Of a DNA stretch of 36,451 bases, positions 25,986 to 36,006 are shown one piece after another (position 1 is the first letter of the stretch; each line of letters starts with the position of its first letter). The position numbers were made by a program, and so were the translations under genes. The notes under the pieces are model-generated. The model did not search any database, was not told the DNA's origin, and saw only the letters and a program-made list of their open reading frames with translations. The stretch is from Planctomycetota bacterium. Its GTDB lineage: Bacteria > Planctomycetota > GCA-002687715 > DRQF01. The stretch lies in the NCBI GenBank assembly GCA_036479435.1, contig JAZGFI010000185.1, forward strand, positions 1 to 36,451, read 5' to 3'.

Positions 25986-27968
25986 ATGAGAACTCGACCC
26001 CATGCTTGGTCGGGTTTCTTCTGTTTGTTCTGCGCTGTTACCGCGTTCATCGCGGTAAACCCTTCGCTTGCGAGCGGAGCGGTAGCAGGTCAACAGAGGA
26101 CACCGGTAAACAACCGCGTTGATCGAGAGAGTGGCGTTTCGCCTTCCGTTCGGGCTGCCGCTAAGCTCAAAGAGGCTTGTCAATATCTCATAAGATCCAC
26201 TGGCAAAAGCTCGAGTAATGAATCTCGAGTTGCGCGTCAAAACGGCGTTTCAGAGCGTTTTCCGCGTCCTCAGGTCGCTTTCAACGCGCGCCCTCTTCGT
26301 CGATTGTTTCAAGACGACGAAGTCGCCAAGCAACAAGAAATGCAGGAGCGGCGGGAGGAACTCCGCGAGAATCTCCAGGAAGAGCTGAAGCAGCCGGTGC
26401 ATTTCGAACCCATGCCTTCCCGCTGGTATCGCGACCCCTGGAGCCTCTTGCCCGGTCCCCCCTACGTCATCAATGAGCCGGGTGATAATCTCCTCGATCC
26501 CTACCGGCAGAACGTACTGAAGGGTGATTTTCCCATCATGGGCGAGGACCTTTTTCTGCGTTTGACGCTTACCGAGCGCGCCATTGTGGAAGGCCGCTCT
26601 ATTCCCTTGCAAGCGCCCTTGTCCAGTCCTTCACCGGGCGGCTTCGGTTTCTTTGGCAAAAGTGATCAATTTTTCTTCACATCAAAGACGGCTTTGACTG
26701 TGGATCTCTTCAAGGGGCAAGAGGCTTTCAAACCCGTGGATTGGCGAGTCCGAGTCACCGGTGTCGTCGACTACACCTTGCTCGCCATTAGCGAGTACGG
26801 CGGCGTCAACATCAATATCGGCGACCCTCGCACACGCGAAACCGGCGACTTGTCACTGCAAGAGGCTCTGGTCGAGATTCACCTCTTCGACCTCAACGAT
26901 CGCTTCGACTTCATCTCGAGTGAAGTTGGGATTTTCCCCTTCCGCAGCGATTTTCGCGGATTCATTTTTGATGACGTCAACCTTGGCGTGCGCTTGTTCG
27001 GCAACGCCGACGACAACAAGTGGCAGTACAACGCCGTGTTTTTCCACATGCTGGAGAACGACACGAACTCGGATCTGTTGACTTTCGACGAGCGCGACCA
27101 ACAGGTTTTGATTCTCAACGTCTACCGACAGGACTTCTTGTGGCTCGGCTACACCCTGAATCTTTCCTTTCACTACAATCACGACGAACCGTCGACTCAC
27201 TTCAACGTGAATGACTTCCTCGTGCGGCCGCAACCCGTTGGGCTCGCCAAGGAAAAAGAGATTCACGCCTACTATTTCGGTTTCGCCGGCGACGGGAAAT
27301 TCGGCCGCGTCAACATCACTCACGCCTTCTATCAGGTGTACGGATCAGAGACGAACAACGCTTTTGCGGCACGAGATACCAATATCGATGCGCAGTTTGC
27401 GGCCATTGAGCTGTCCTATGACTTGGACTGGTGGCGCATTCGGGTCTACGGGATGTACGCCTCGGGCGACAAAGACCCCTTTGACAAAGAGGCGGAAGGT
27501 TTCGACGCGATCCGCGACCTCGCCAACTTCGCGGGCGGTGAAGTCAGCTACTTCAACCGTCAACAAATTCAGTTGATCGGCGTGGGCCTCACGACGCGCT
27601 TTAGTTTCTTGCCCGACCTCACCACGTCCAGGCTCGAAGGGCAATCGAACTTCGTGAACCCAGGGTTGTGGCTTTTTGGTGCGGCGATCAATGCCGACAT
27701 CACGCCAACCTTGCGCGGGCAAATCGGGTTTAACCACTTGCGGTTCGATGAGTCTGCGGTGCTTGAGGTTTATCTCGAAGTCGAAGACATCAGCAACGAA
27801 ATCGGCAACGAGCTTTACTTCAGCGCGCAATGGCGTCCATTGTTGACCAACAACATCATCGCCAACTTCGGCGCCTCTGTATTTTTCCCCGGCGACGGGT
27901 TCGAAAAGATCTATCAAACTGATGAGACGCAGTACTCTGTGTTCTTCGATCTCATCGTGACTTACTAG
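25986..27968 (+). CDS. Putative outer-membrane beta-barrel protein
   Basis: Signal peptide, many amphipathic aromatic/Gly/Asn/Asp-rich strands and a C-terminal aromatic residue (VFFDLIVTY). GAGGGAG RBS. Confidence 0.75.
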   Translation: MRTRPHAWSGFFCLFCAVTAFIAVNPSLASGAVAGQQRTPVNNRVDRESGVSPSVRAAAKLKEACQYLIRSTGKSSSNESRVARQNGVSERFPRPQVAFNARPLRRLFQDDEVAKQQEMQERREELRENLQEELKQPVHFEPMPSRWYRDPWSLLPGPPYVINEPGDNLLDPYRQNVLKGDFPIMGEDLFLRLTLTERAIVEGRSIPLQAPLSSPSPGGFGFFGKSDQFFFTSKTALTVDLFKGQEAFKPVDWRVRVTGVVDYTLLAISEYGGVNINIGDPRTRETGDLSLQEALVEIHLFDLNDRFDFISSEVGIFPFRSDFRGFIFDDVNLGVRLFGNADDNKWQYNAVFFHMLENDTNSDLLTFDERDQQVLILNVYRQDFLWLGYTLNLSFHYNHDEPSTHFNVNDFLVRPQPVGLAKEKEIHAYYFGFAGDGKFGRVNITHAFYQVYGSETNNAFAARDTNIDAQFAAIELSYDLDWWRIRVYGMYASGDKDPFDKEAEGFDAIRDLANFAGGEVSYFNRQQIQLIGVGLTTRFSFLPDLTTSRLEGQSNFVNPGLWLFGAAINADITPTLRGQIGFNHLRFDESAVLEVYLEVEDISNEIGNELYFSAQWRPLLTNNIIANFGASVFFPGDGFEKIYQTDETQYSVFFDLIVTY

Positions 27969-27976
27969 GCCCGGCA

Positions 27977-30900
27977 ATGAGAACAGATGTGACCACCTCT
28001 ATCCGAAGCCTGTTTCAATACATGGTTCCCAGCCTTGCAGGCTTGGCGCTCATCGTGTTCATTTTCTCTTGCGGCCACGCCCGTATTGGTGCGCCGCCCG
28101 AGACCGCTGATTCCTTCACAGGATCTGACGTCTTCGACGACGGCATGCGGCGCGTGTCAGCTGGTGACCTCACCGCAGACTATGAAGCGCGCAACTCGGG
28201 CTGTATCGCCTGCCATGAGGGCAGCGATGACCCGCACATTCAGCGCGACGATAGCGGCGAAATCATCGGCGGTAGTCGTCAGATGGGCTGCGTTGATTGT
28301 CACGGTGGTAACGGTGCCGCGACCGACAAAGAAACCGCTCACCCGAAGCCGCGCTTTCCGAAACGCTGGCCGACGGCTGGCAATCCCGAGCGCACCTACG
28401 GCTTGCTGAACACCGAGGAGTGGGATTGGATTCGCTTTGTGAATCCCGGCGACCTTCGCGTCGCGAGTACAACCTGTGGTGCCTGTCACGCCGAGTACGT
28501 CTTGAACGTGTCCAAAGGAGTGATGACGACGGCGTCTCACTTCTTCGGCGTCGCGGCCTACGCCAACGGCATCGTCTCAATCAAACGCAGTGTATTTGGC
28601 GAATCTTACGCCGCCGACGGAACGACCCGCAAAGTCAATCAGCTGGTGCGCGACGCCGACACGGACGAGTGGCGCGCCCCGACGCAAGAAGAGATCGAAC
28701 GCCACGGTTGGGCGCCGGTCTTGCTTCCTTTGCCACACTGGGAAATCACGCAGGTTGGCAACATTTACCGCGTGTTCGAACAGGGCAGCCGTCTGGGCGG
28801 TCCTGGTCTTGCCTTCAATGGCCTACCGGTTCCCCTGGTCGGAATTCCCGACAAGCTGGAAGACGCCGGTCGCCCCAACAACAAGTTCTCCGACCGCGGA
28901 CTCGGAACCCTCAACCGCATTGACTTGCCGATCTTGAACGTTCACAAGTCGCGCCTGAATGATCCGCACCTGTCGTTTTTGGGTACGAACGACAATCCTG
29001 GAGACTACCGTTCGTCCGGCTGCACGGCCTGTCACGTCGTCTACGCGAATGACCGCAGCCCGGTTCACTCTGGCCCCTATGCTCGTCACGGTAACGATGG
29101 TCAGACCCGCGGTGACAACCCAGATCCCACGATCGACAAGCGCGAAAAGGGGCACCCGCTGCGCCACGAGTTCACTTCGGCTATCCCCTCGAGTCAGTGC
29201 ATGGTTTGCCACATGCACCAGCCGAACTCCTTTGTGAACTCCTACTACGGTTTCCAGATGTGGACCTACGAAACCGACGGCGACGACATGTGGCCGAAGG
29301 AACAGCAGTACCCCACTCACAAAGAGCTATTTGAGCGTTTCGATCGCAACCCCGAAGAAGCCGCCGCGCGCGGCAAATGGGGCGACCCGGATTTCCTGCG
29401 TGACGTTGCCTTTCGCATGAACCCGAAAATGAAGCACACGCAGTTTGCCGACTACCACGGCCACGGTTGGATGTTCCGCGCTGTGTTCAAGATGGATCGC
29501 AAAGGCAATCTGTTGGACAAAGATGGCAACGTCATCCCCTACGACGACCCCGACAAGTTTAAAGGCGTCATTCCGCTCAAGGGGACTCAAGACGAGTTCT
29601 TTCGCGAAGCCGTCGGCAATGCTCGTCGCGCAGTCCACCTGAAGGACATCCACGCTGAAAAAGGAATGCACTGCGTCGATTGCCATGTCAGCAATGGTGT
29701 TCATGGCGACGGTAATACCCACGCGGAATACCAGGCTGCAGTTCAGGTTCGTTGCCAAGATTGCCACGGTACCGTCACCGAGTACGCCGAGCTAACGACT
29801 TCAGGCCCGGTGGCAGAAGCGGCGATCGCCTTCGGGAAAGATCCTCAGAGCTTGCTTAGCATCGAGACGCCTTTCGGCGATCCCATGTTCGAAGTCGAAA
29901 CTGAGAACGGCGTGCCGGTCTACTACCAGAACTCGATGGTCGAAAAGGGCAAGCGCTGGCCAGTTCCACAGGTGCGCGATTCCGTGGATCCGACGAGTCC
30001 CAAGTACAACAAGGAAGCGACTTACGCCAAGACGATTCGCAAGGACAACTCAACTTGGGGCGGAGACCCCGACGAGATTGACGCGATGACTCTAGCGCAT
30101 GGTGGTTTGGAGAAAGGCAGTACCGGTGGCATGGAGTGCTACACCTGTCACACTTCATGGGTGACGGCTTGCTTTGGCTGCCATTTGCCGCAACGGGCGA
30201 ACATGAAGACGCCGATGCACCACTACGAAGAAAAGAATCTACGTAACTACGCCACCTACAATCCGCAGGTGGCGCGCGATGATGCCTTTCTCCTCGGCGT
30301 GTCCGGCGACGTGAAGCACAATCGCATTACGCCGGTGCGGTCATCCTCTGCGGTGCTGATATCGTCTCAGGATGCCCTGCGACGCAAGATCTACGGTCAG
30401 CTGCCGACGATGGCTTCCAACGGCATGTCGAGTCAGATTTTCAATACCCACTTTCCGCACACGGTCAGGACGACGGAGACGCGGGCTTGCGATGACTGTC
30501 ACCTGTCAGACAAGGACGACAACAACGCCTGGCTGGCGCAGGTTTTTCTCCTCGGCACGAACTATGTGAACTTTGTCGGCCACAACGCCTTTGTGGGCAC
30601 CGGCGCGGACGGCTTCCACGCCATTCGCGTGAGCGAGTGGCTTGAGCCTCAAGCCGTGATCGGCTCCGAGTTGCATCGCATGGCATACCCCGACGACTAC
30701 AAAAAGCACTTGGATCGCGGACGCCAACTCGACCACGACAACCACCACGGACGTTCGCCGGTCTTAGAACTTCAGCTGCGCGGAGAGTATCTCTACACCG
30801 CCGCGGGCCCCGGAGGCTTTCGCGTTTACGACGTTGCCAATGTCAACAACAAGGACTTTTCGCAGAAGATCATCACGGCTCCGGTGTCGCCATTGGGGCA

Positions 30901-31927
30901 AGACACCCATGTGGCCCTGCCCTACGCGACTTCCTTCGTGTTGCCGATCAACAACCCGACCAACATGGATCGCCTATACCGTCCCGAAAACAAAGAGACG
31001 GCCTACGAGTACAAAGGCAAAAAACAGAACCTCCACGAAACTTATCGCTACTGCTACGTGACCGATCGCCAAGAAGGGCTCGTTGTCATTGACGTCAATC
31101 CGCTGACGGACGGCGATCCGATGAACAACTTCTTGGAGAAGCTGCTGAGTTTCAATCCGGACGGCATCTTGAACGGTGCGGAGTGCATCGCATTCGCCGG
31201 GCAAACGCTCTACATCGGGTGTGATACGGGTCTCGTCGCGGTCGACATTAGTGATCCGCGCGCGCCGCGGGTGATCTCGAAGGTCACCACAATTCGTAAA
31301 CCGGAAGCCGTGCAGGTTCAGTTCCGCTATGCCTTTGTCGCCGATGCCGATGGGCTGAAAGTCGTCGACATCACGGCGCCGCAGCAGATGAAGCTTCTTA
31401 GCGCTGCCACTCTCAAGATTCCGCAGGCGCGCGATATTTACGTTGCCCGCACCTGGGGTTACGTCAGTTCGGGCACTAAGGGCCTGGTGATCGTGAATCT
31501 CGAGAATCCGACGAAGCCAACGGTGGACCAGGTCTGGAATGCCAACGGACAGATCAACGACCTGTGGCAAGTGAAAGTCGGCATGACCAACGACAGTGTC
31601 TACGCTTACCTCGCCGACGGACACAATGGTCTGCGCGTCGCCTCTTTGGTGACGCCGAAGGACGGTGGCCGCAGCGCCTACGGGTTCGCGCCCCGTCCCA
31701 AGCCCCGGTTGGTATCGCAGTTCAAGACCAAGGGTCGTGCTTTTGCGATCTCCAAGGGTCTTGACCGGGACCGCGCGGTCGATGAGTCGGGCAACCAGAT
31801 GACGGCCTTTGGCCGTATTGGGGGTCGGCCGATGAACCTCAAGGAAATGCGCCGTCTCTACATGAAGAACGGAAAGATTTGGAAGGTGAGCAACAAACCA
31901 CGGACGCGGGCGCTTCACGATCGCTAA
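27977..31927 (+). CDS. Decahaem cytochrome c lipoprotein with C-terminal LVIVD-repeat beta-propeller
   Basis: 10 CxxCH (CIACH, CVDCH, CGACH, CTACH, CMVCH, CVDCH, CQDCH, CYTCH, CFGCH, CDDCH). Lipobox-like IFSC and LVIVD repeats (GLVVIDV, GLVAVDI, GLKVVDI, GLVIVNL). Confidence 0.9.
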   Translation: MRTDVTTSIRSLFQYMVPSLAGLALIVFIFSCGHARIGAPPETADSFTGSDVFDDGMRRVSAGDLTADYEARNSGCIACHEGSDDPHIQRDDSGEIIGGSRQMGCVDCHGGNGAATDKETAHPKPRFPKRWPTAGNPERTYGLLNTEEWDWIRFVNPGDLRVASTTCGACHAEYVLNVSKGVMTTASHFFGVAAYANGIVSIKRSVFGESYAADGTTRKVNQLVRDADTDEWRAPTQEEIERHGWAPVLLPLPHWEITQVGNIYRVFEQGSRLGGPGLAFNGLPVPLVGIPDKLEDAGRPNNKFSDRGLGTLNRIDLPILNVHKSRLNDPHLSFLGTNDNPGDYRSSGCTACHVVYANDRSPVHSGPYARHGNDGQTRGDNPDPTIDKREKGHPLRHEFTSAIPSSQCMVCHMHQPNSFVNSYYGFQMWTYETDGDDMWPKEQQYPTHKELFERFDRNPEEAAARGKWGDPDFLRDVAFRMNPKMKHTQFADYHGHGWMFRAVFKMDRKGNLLDKDGNVIPYDDPDKFKGVIPLKGTQDEFFREAVGNARRAVHLKDIHAEKGMHCVDCHVSNGVHGDGNTHAEYQAAVQVRCQDCHGTVTEYAELTTSGPVAEAAIAFGKDPQSLLSIETPFGDPMFEVETENGVPVYYQNSMVEKGKRWPVPQVRDSVDPTSPKYNKEATYAKTIRKDNSTWGGDPDEIDAMTLAHGGLEKGSTGGMECYTCHTSWVTACFGCHLPQRANMKTPMHHYEEKNLRNYATYNPQVARDDAFLLGVSGDVKHNRITPVRSSSAVLISSQDALRRKIYGQLPTMASNGMSSQIFNTHFPHTVRTTETRACDDCHLSDKDDNNAWLAQVFLLGTNYVNFVGHNAFVGTGADGFHAIRVSEWLEPQAVIGSELHRMAYPDDYKKHLDRGRQLDHDNHHGRSPVLELQLRGEYLYTAAGPGGFRVYDVANVNNKDFSQKIITAPVSPLGQDTHVALPYATSFVLPINNPTNMDRLYRPENKETAYEYKGKKQNLHETYRYCYVTDRQEGLVVIDVNPLTDGDPMNNFLEKLLSFNPDGILNGAECIAFAGQTLYIGCDTGLVAVDISDPRAPRVISKVTTIRKPEAVQVQFRYAFVADADGLKVVDITAPQQMKLLSAATLKIPQARDIYVARTWGYVSSGTKGLVIVNLENPTKPTVDQVWNANGQINDLWQVKVGMTNDSVYAYLADGHNGLRVASLVTPKDGGRSAYGFAPRPKPRLVSQFKTKGRAFAISKGLDRDRAVDESGNQMTAFGRIGGRPMNLKEMRRLYMKNGKIWKVSNKPRTRALHDR

Positions 31928-32051
31928 GGGTTAGCATCTAAGGAACCAATAGGGGCCGATGATTCATCGGTCCCGGCCTCGTTTACCGGCTGCACGCCCA
32001 CCGTGGTGGGCTGGGTTTAGAGTCAGAGTCGACCAGCACGGAGATGAGAGA

Positions 32052-32858
32052 GTGAGCGAGGAAAAAGGCGACAAGGCCAAGGCGCCGGACAGAAAAGTCG
32101 CCGACAAGACAATTGCGATGCCGATGCTTGGTCACGAGACTCTGACCTCGATCGCCACGGAAGGTGTCCAGAATCTTGCCAGCGCGGCATCTCTACGGGC
32201 GGCGAGTCCTCGCATCGTCATCTGCAACGAAGCGATCAAAGAGATCGTCCCTATCGACAAGATCGAGTTCATCTTCGGGCGCAATCCTGAAGCGGGCGCA
32301 CACCACATCATCGATCACCCCGCGATCTCCGGCGCTCACTGCAAGGTCTTCTTCAAAAACGATCGCTTCTACCTGCAAGATCTCGGCAGCAAGAACCACA
32401 CCTTCGCCGACGGTGAGATGTTGGGGGCCGAAACCGCCAAAGAACTTCGCAGCGAGAGCACGGTTCGAATCGGTGCCGTCGAGGGGCTCTTTGTCATTGA
32501 CTGTGATGAGACCGGCAAGAAGCTCGACCGAAAGCGTTATCGGTCGGCCTTGCAGCTACTCGTAGCCGAGGGCCGGGTTTCCGCCCTTCAGGGCGAGCAG
32601 GCCTTTCGCGACGCGGCGGAAGCTGGTTGTCACCCCGGCGAGCTGTTGCTTAAGAACGGCGTACTTCGAGTTGACGACTGGGTTCGCGCCTACCGTCGCG
32701 GCGAGATGTTCGATCTCATTCAAAAAGAGGCGACGTCTAAGACCAAAAAGTACGCGATGCTCGTCCTGATCCAATGGATCGTCATTGTGGTGCTGTTGGG
32801 GATCATTGTCTTTAAGCCGGACTTATTCTCGGGCCTCTTCGGCGGAGGCGAGGGATGA
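32052..32858 (+). CDS. FHA protein with MshEN-like segment and C-terminal TM; paralog of the C-terminal half of 21983-23728
   Basis: FHA motifs FGRNP..ISGAH..DLGSKNHT, colinear with the upstream FHA protein. GTG start inferred (ORF track gives 31959). Confidence 0.85.
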   Translation: MSEEKGDKAKAPDRKVADKTIAMPMLGHETLTSIATEGVQNLASAASLRAASPRIVICNEAIKEIVPIDKIEFIFGRNPEAGAHHIIDHPAISGAHCKVFFKNDRFYLQDLGSKNHTFADGEMLGAETAKELRSESTVRIGAVEGLFVIDCDETGKKLDRKRYRSALQLLVAEGRVSALQGEQAFRDAAEAGCHPGELLLKNGVLRVDDWVRAYRRGEMFDLIQKEATSKTKKYAMLVLIQWIVIVVLLGIIVFKPDLFSGLFGGGEG

Positions 32859-34957
32859 GTCGCTTCGCGTCCCTTGCGTTGAGCTTCGCATCCTTGGTCG
32901 GGCTCTTTTGGCTTTTGGGGCCGGATTCTTTGATTGGCGGTTACGGTGCGGCGAAGCTTGTCGCGCCCGTTGAAACCGTGACGAGGGCTGGGATCTTCCC
33001 TCACTCGAAACACGTATCGAGACAGTGGATTACGAAGGGCGAAACTAAGCGCGACTGCCAAATATGTCACGACTTCACGACGCCCAACCATGAGCCTGCA
33101 TCCGCGTGTGTGAGCTGCCACTACAATCAGCAGGGAAGCGGCGCCGCGACGCTTAGCGTGCAGGGGCGGGTCGCCAATTACCAGCGCACGATGCCGTCTT
33201 TTAAGCACGAAGATCATGTGCCGAAGGGCATGGACTGCGCCGAATGCCACGTCGATCCCAACTCGAAGTCTAAGTTCATGGTTGATGAGATTTGGATCCC
33301 GCGCGGCCTCGGCTGGTGCACCAAGTGCCACGATCCAAGCTCCAACCGTGCCTACAAGTTCAATCGCGCCGCCGACAAACCGGCAGTGCACCAAGGTTTT
33401 CAACGCAAGATTAATGGCTCGCCAGGAATGGTGGGTAAGCCGAGTGATGTTTTCCTCCACTCCGACCACCTCAGTTCTTCGGAGCTGCGCTCGGGAAGCC
33501 CCAAAGTTTGCGATAGCTGTCACCAAGGGATGGCGACCGCAGACCCGATGATCGGCGAAAAACTCTTTCGCGAAAGTGACTGCACCGCCTGCCACTTGGC
33601 AGGAGCCAACCAGCCGATGCGCATTGGCATCCAAGAAGTCGCAGGCGCAAAACCCATCTCTAAGGCCGACTACACCTTTCTGCACGCCGACCATCTCTCA
33701 GCAAAAGCGCTGAAGAAAGACGGTCGCCTGGGTCGGCAGGGTTGTTTTGTCTGCCACGACTACAAGGCCTCCGCCGTATCCGAGGGAGATCGTTACCCGG
33801 TCAAGCCGCGCTACCAGACTTTCGCGGGCTGTGTCGAATGTCATAAACAGGGAAGCGTCGGTGGCGGCATTGCTCGAGATATTCCGGATCACGGTGAAGT
33901 CGACAACTGCTTTGGTTGCCACTCGGTCGGCGGCGAAGACACGGACATGAAGACCAATCGACCGTTGGTTGAGATTGACCGCCGCCATCCGGGCGATTTC
34001 AGGTTTTTGTCTCACGCGCACCCGCATATCACCGGGGCGGATGGAAAGACTCGGTCCTGTACCGAGTGCCATGTGTCCGAGCGCCACGAGTTGCCGTCCA
34101 GGATTCGGCAAAAACCCTTCAAGCACAAACCGCACCTCAACTCCAACGCCAAGCTGCAGACCGCGGAATGTGCCGCCTGCCACACTGCGGCGAAGGAGCA
34201 CGGGCGGATGGAGATGGGAGTCGTCGAGGGCGGCCACATCAACTACGAAGCCAAAAGCTGCCTTGAGTGTCACCGCGAAGTCGGCAAGACCGAACTAAGT
34301 CCATTGAGCTTTAAGTCACGCAAAGAGACGGTGGTCCTCTTTTCGCATCACGACCACTTGTCCGAAGCGGCTTTGGCGCTCGACCCGGCGTTGAAGGAAA
34401 AACTCTGCCTCGCCTGCCACGAGTCGCAAGACTCTGCCGCGGTAGCCTCAACCGGTCATGACTACGGCTACGCGCAGGGGACTTTGGACTGCCTTGCTTG
34501 TCACGACCATCAGTCTAAGTACAAACAAACCGGAAACGTCGACCAGAACTACGTCGAGGGTTGCATGGCTTGCCACGAAGTCGGCGTGCCGGCGAAGGGC
34601 TCAGAGCTGCCCATCCGGCGCATTGAAGCGCGAGGCCTCGGCGGGACTCAGTTTCATCCCTTGCCGCAGGAAAAAGCCTGTGCTGCCTGCCACAAGTTGC
34701 AGCCGATGACCATGATCGGCGGTGATGAGGTGGCGGCCCTAACTCAAGTTCGCGGTACGCGAGTCGGCTATCCAAACAACGGTTTTCACCGTCTGGCCGA
34801 TGGCGGCGGCGCCAAGCTGCACGACCGATGCTTAGAATGCCATTGGCACCAGGCAAACAGCCCGGTCTACAAGATGCGGCACAAGTTGGGAAAATCCGAA
34901 ACCGTTATTCGTAAACAGTACGGCAGCACCTTGGGTCCGTTGCCGGCCGGACGTTAG
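32855..34957 (+). CDS. 17-haem cytochrome c (c3/c7-like repeats)
   Basis: 17 CxxCH counted, with recurring distal-ligand motifs FPHSKH, FKHEDH, FLHSDH, FLHADH, FKHKPH and FSHHDH. N-terminal signal/anchor; ATGA overlap with the FHA gene. Confidence 0.92.
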   Translation: MSRFASLALSFASLVGLFWLLGPDSLIGGYGAAKLVAPVETVTRAGIFPHSKHVSRQWITKGETKRDCQICHDFTTPNHEPASACVSCHYNQQGSGAATLSVQGRVANYQRTMPSFKHEDHVPKGMDCAECHVDPNSKSKFMVDEIWIPRGLGWCTKCHDPSSNRAYKFNRAADKPAVHQGFQRKINGSPGMVGKPSDVFLHSDHLSSSELRSGSPKVCDSCHQGMATADPMIGEKLFRESDCTACHLAGANQPMRIGIQEVAGAKPISKADYTFLHADHLSAKALKKDGRLGRQGCFVCHDYKASAVSEGDRYPVKPRYQTFAGCVECHKQGSVGGGIARDIPDHGEVDNCFGCHSVGGEDTDMKTNRPLVEIDRRHPGDFRFLSHAHPHITGADGKTRSCTECHVSERHELPSRIRQKPFKHKPHLNSNAKLQTAECAACHTAAKEHGRMEMGVVEGGHINYEAKSCLECHREVGKTELSPLSFKSRKETVVLFSHHDHLSEAALALDPALKEKLCLACHESQDSAAVASTGHDYGYAQGTLDCLACHDHQSKYKQTGNVDQNYVEGCMACHEVGVPAKGSELPIRRIEARGLGGTQFHPLPQEKACAACHKLQPMTMIGGDEVAALTQVRGTRVGYPNNGFHRLADGGGAKLHDRCLECHWHQANSPVYKMRHKLGKSETVIRKQYGSTLGPLPAGR

Positions 34958-34971
34958 GGGACGAATCGAAC

Positions 34972-35997
34972 GTGAATACCGCGCTCTTTAAGTCACCCCA
35001 CGCGATTTACGCGCTGCTGATCTGTATCGGCTTCGGCGTTTGGCCGCAGCTCATCGGCGCTCGCATCGGCCCTGTTACGGGCGGTGACGTCAACTACTTG
35101 CTGTGGTCGGGTTGGATCGCCTTTGCTCTTATGGTGGTCGCCTGTCTTTATGTTCTCCGCAAGTACATCCACAAACTCGGCTGGTCTCCCGAGCTGAGGA
35201 TGAAGATGCCCGTGGCCGTTCTTGAGCGCACCGACTCGCGGCTGAATGACGTTCGGCGTCGTATCGCTCAAGGATCCTTAACAGACCTGAAAGAGGTCAA
35301 GACTTTAACCGCGAACATTCTGCGGGATGAAGGCGTGCAGAAGGTCATCGTGTGTGACGTCGAAGAAGGTGACACCAGTCGTGGTGAGCCGAGCCTCAAA
35401 GTCATGGCGAGACCAACCGAGCCCTACGGCCGTATGGTGAGCTGGCTTCACGCTCATGCCTACTACGGCATTGCCTCCGGTGTTTTAGTCTGGTTGCACG
35501 GTGGCATGAAGTTCGACGAGCCGATGGGGATCGCGCTGAACGTCTTGACGCTCGTAGTCATCGTCACCGGCATCGTGGGCCTTTTTCTTTTCGCGATGGG
35601 GCCAAGTTGGATCGCGAAGGCCGAGCAGGATATTAGCTTCGAACAACAGTACGTCCTTACCCATAGCCTCGAAGAGAAGTTCAACGAGGCGATGACCAAG
35701 TTTGAGGACGAGCCCGAACTCGCCGCGCAAATCCGCAAGGCCCAAAAGGCGGGCGGCAACTTCGATGATGTTGCGAAACGCGAACTTGCCACCGCGGTTG
35801 CGGCGAAGCCCGACGCCAAGGTCTTGTTGCAAGACGTCATGGTCTTGCTCGGTCAGCGTCGCCGAATCGAAAAAGGTCTGGCGGGCCTTATGCGCATTCG
35901 CTTTCTTATGAACTTTTGGCGTGTGGTCCACGTGCCCTTGTCGATCGTGCTCATGGTCGTGGTATTTGTCCACATTGTTCAAGTCTGGTGGTATTGA
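34972..35997 (+). CDS. Integral membrane protein with two H-x13-H helices (putative di-haem b)
   Basis: About 5 TMs, including H-AYYGIASGVLVWL-H and H-VPLSIVLMVVVFV-H. Confidence 0.72.
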   Translation: MNTALFKSPHAIYALLICIGFGVWPQLIGARIGPVTGGDVNYLLWSGWIAFALMVVACLYVLRKYIHKLGWSPELRMKMPVAVLERTDSRLNDVRRRIAQGSLTDLKEVKTLTANILRDEGVQKVIVCDVEEGDTSRGEPSLKVMARPTEPYGRMVSWLHAHAYYGIASGVLVWLHGGMKFDEPMGIALNVLTLVVIVTGIVGLFLFAMGPSWIAKAEQDISFEQQYVLTHSLEEKFNEAMTKFEDEPELAAQIRKAQKAGGNFDDVAKRELATAVAAKPDAKVLLQDVMVLLGQRRRIEKGLAGLMRIRFLMNFWRVVHVPLSIVLMVVVFVHIVQVWWY

Positions 35998-36006
35998 GGT
36001 GAATTC

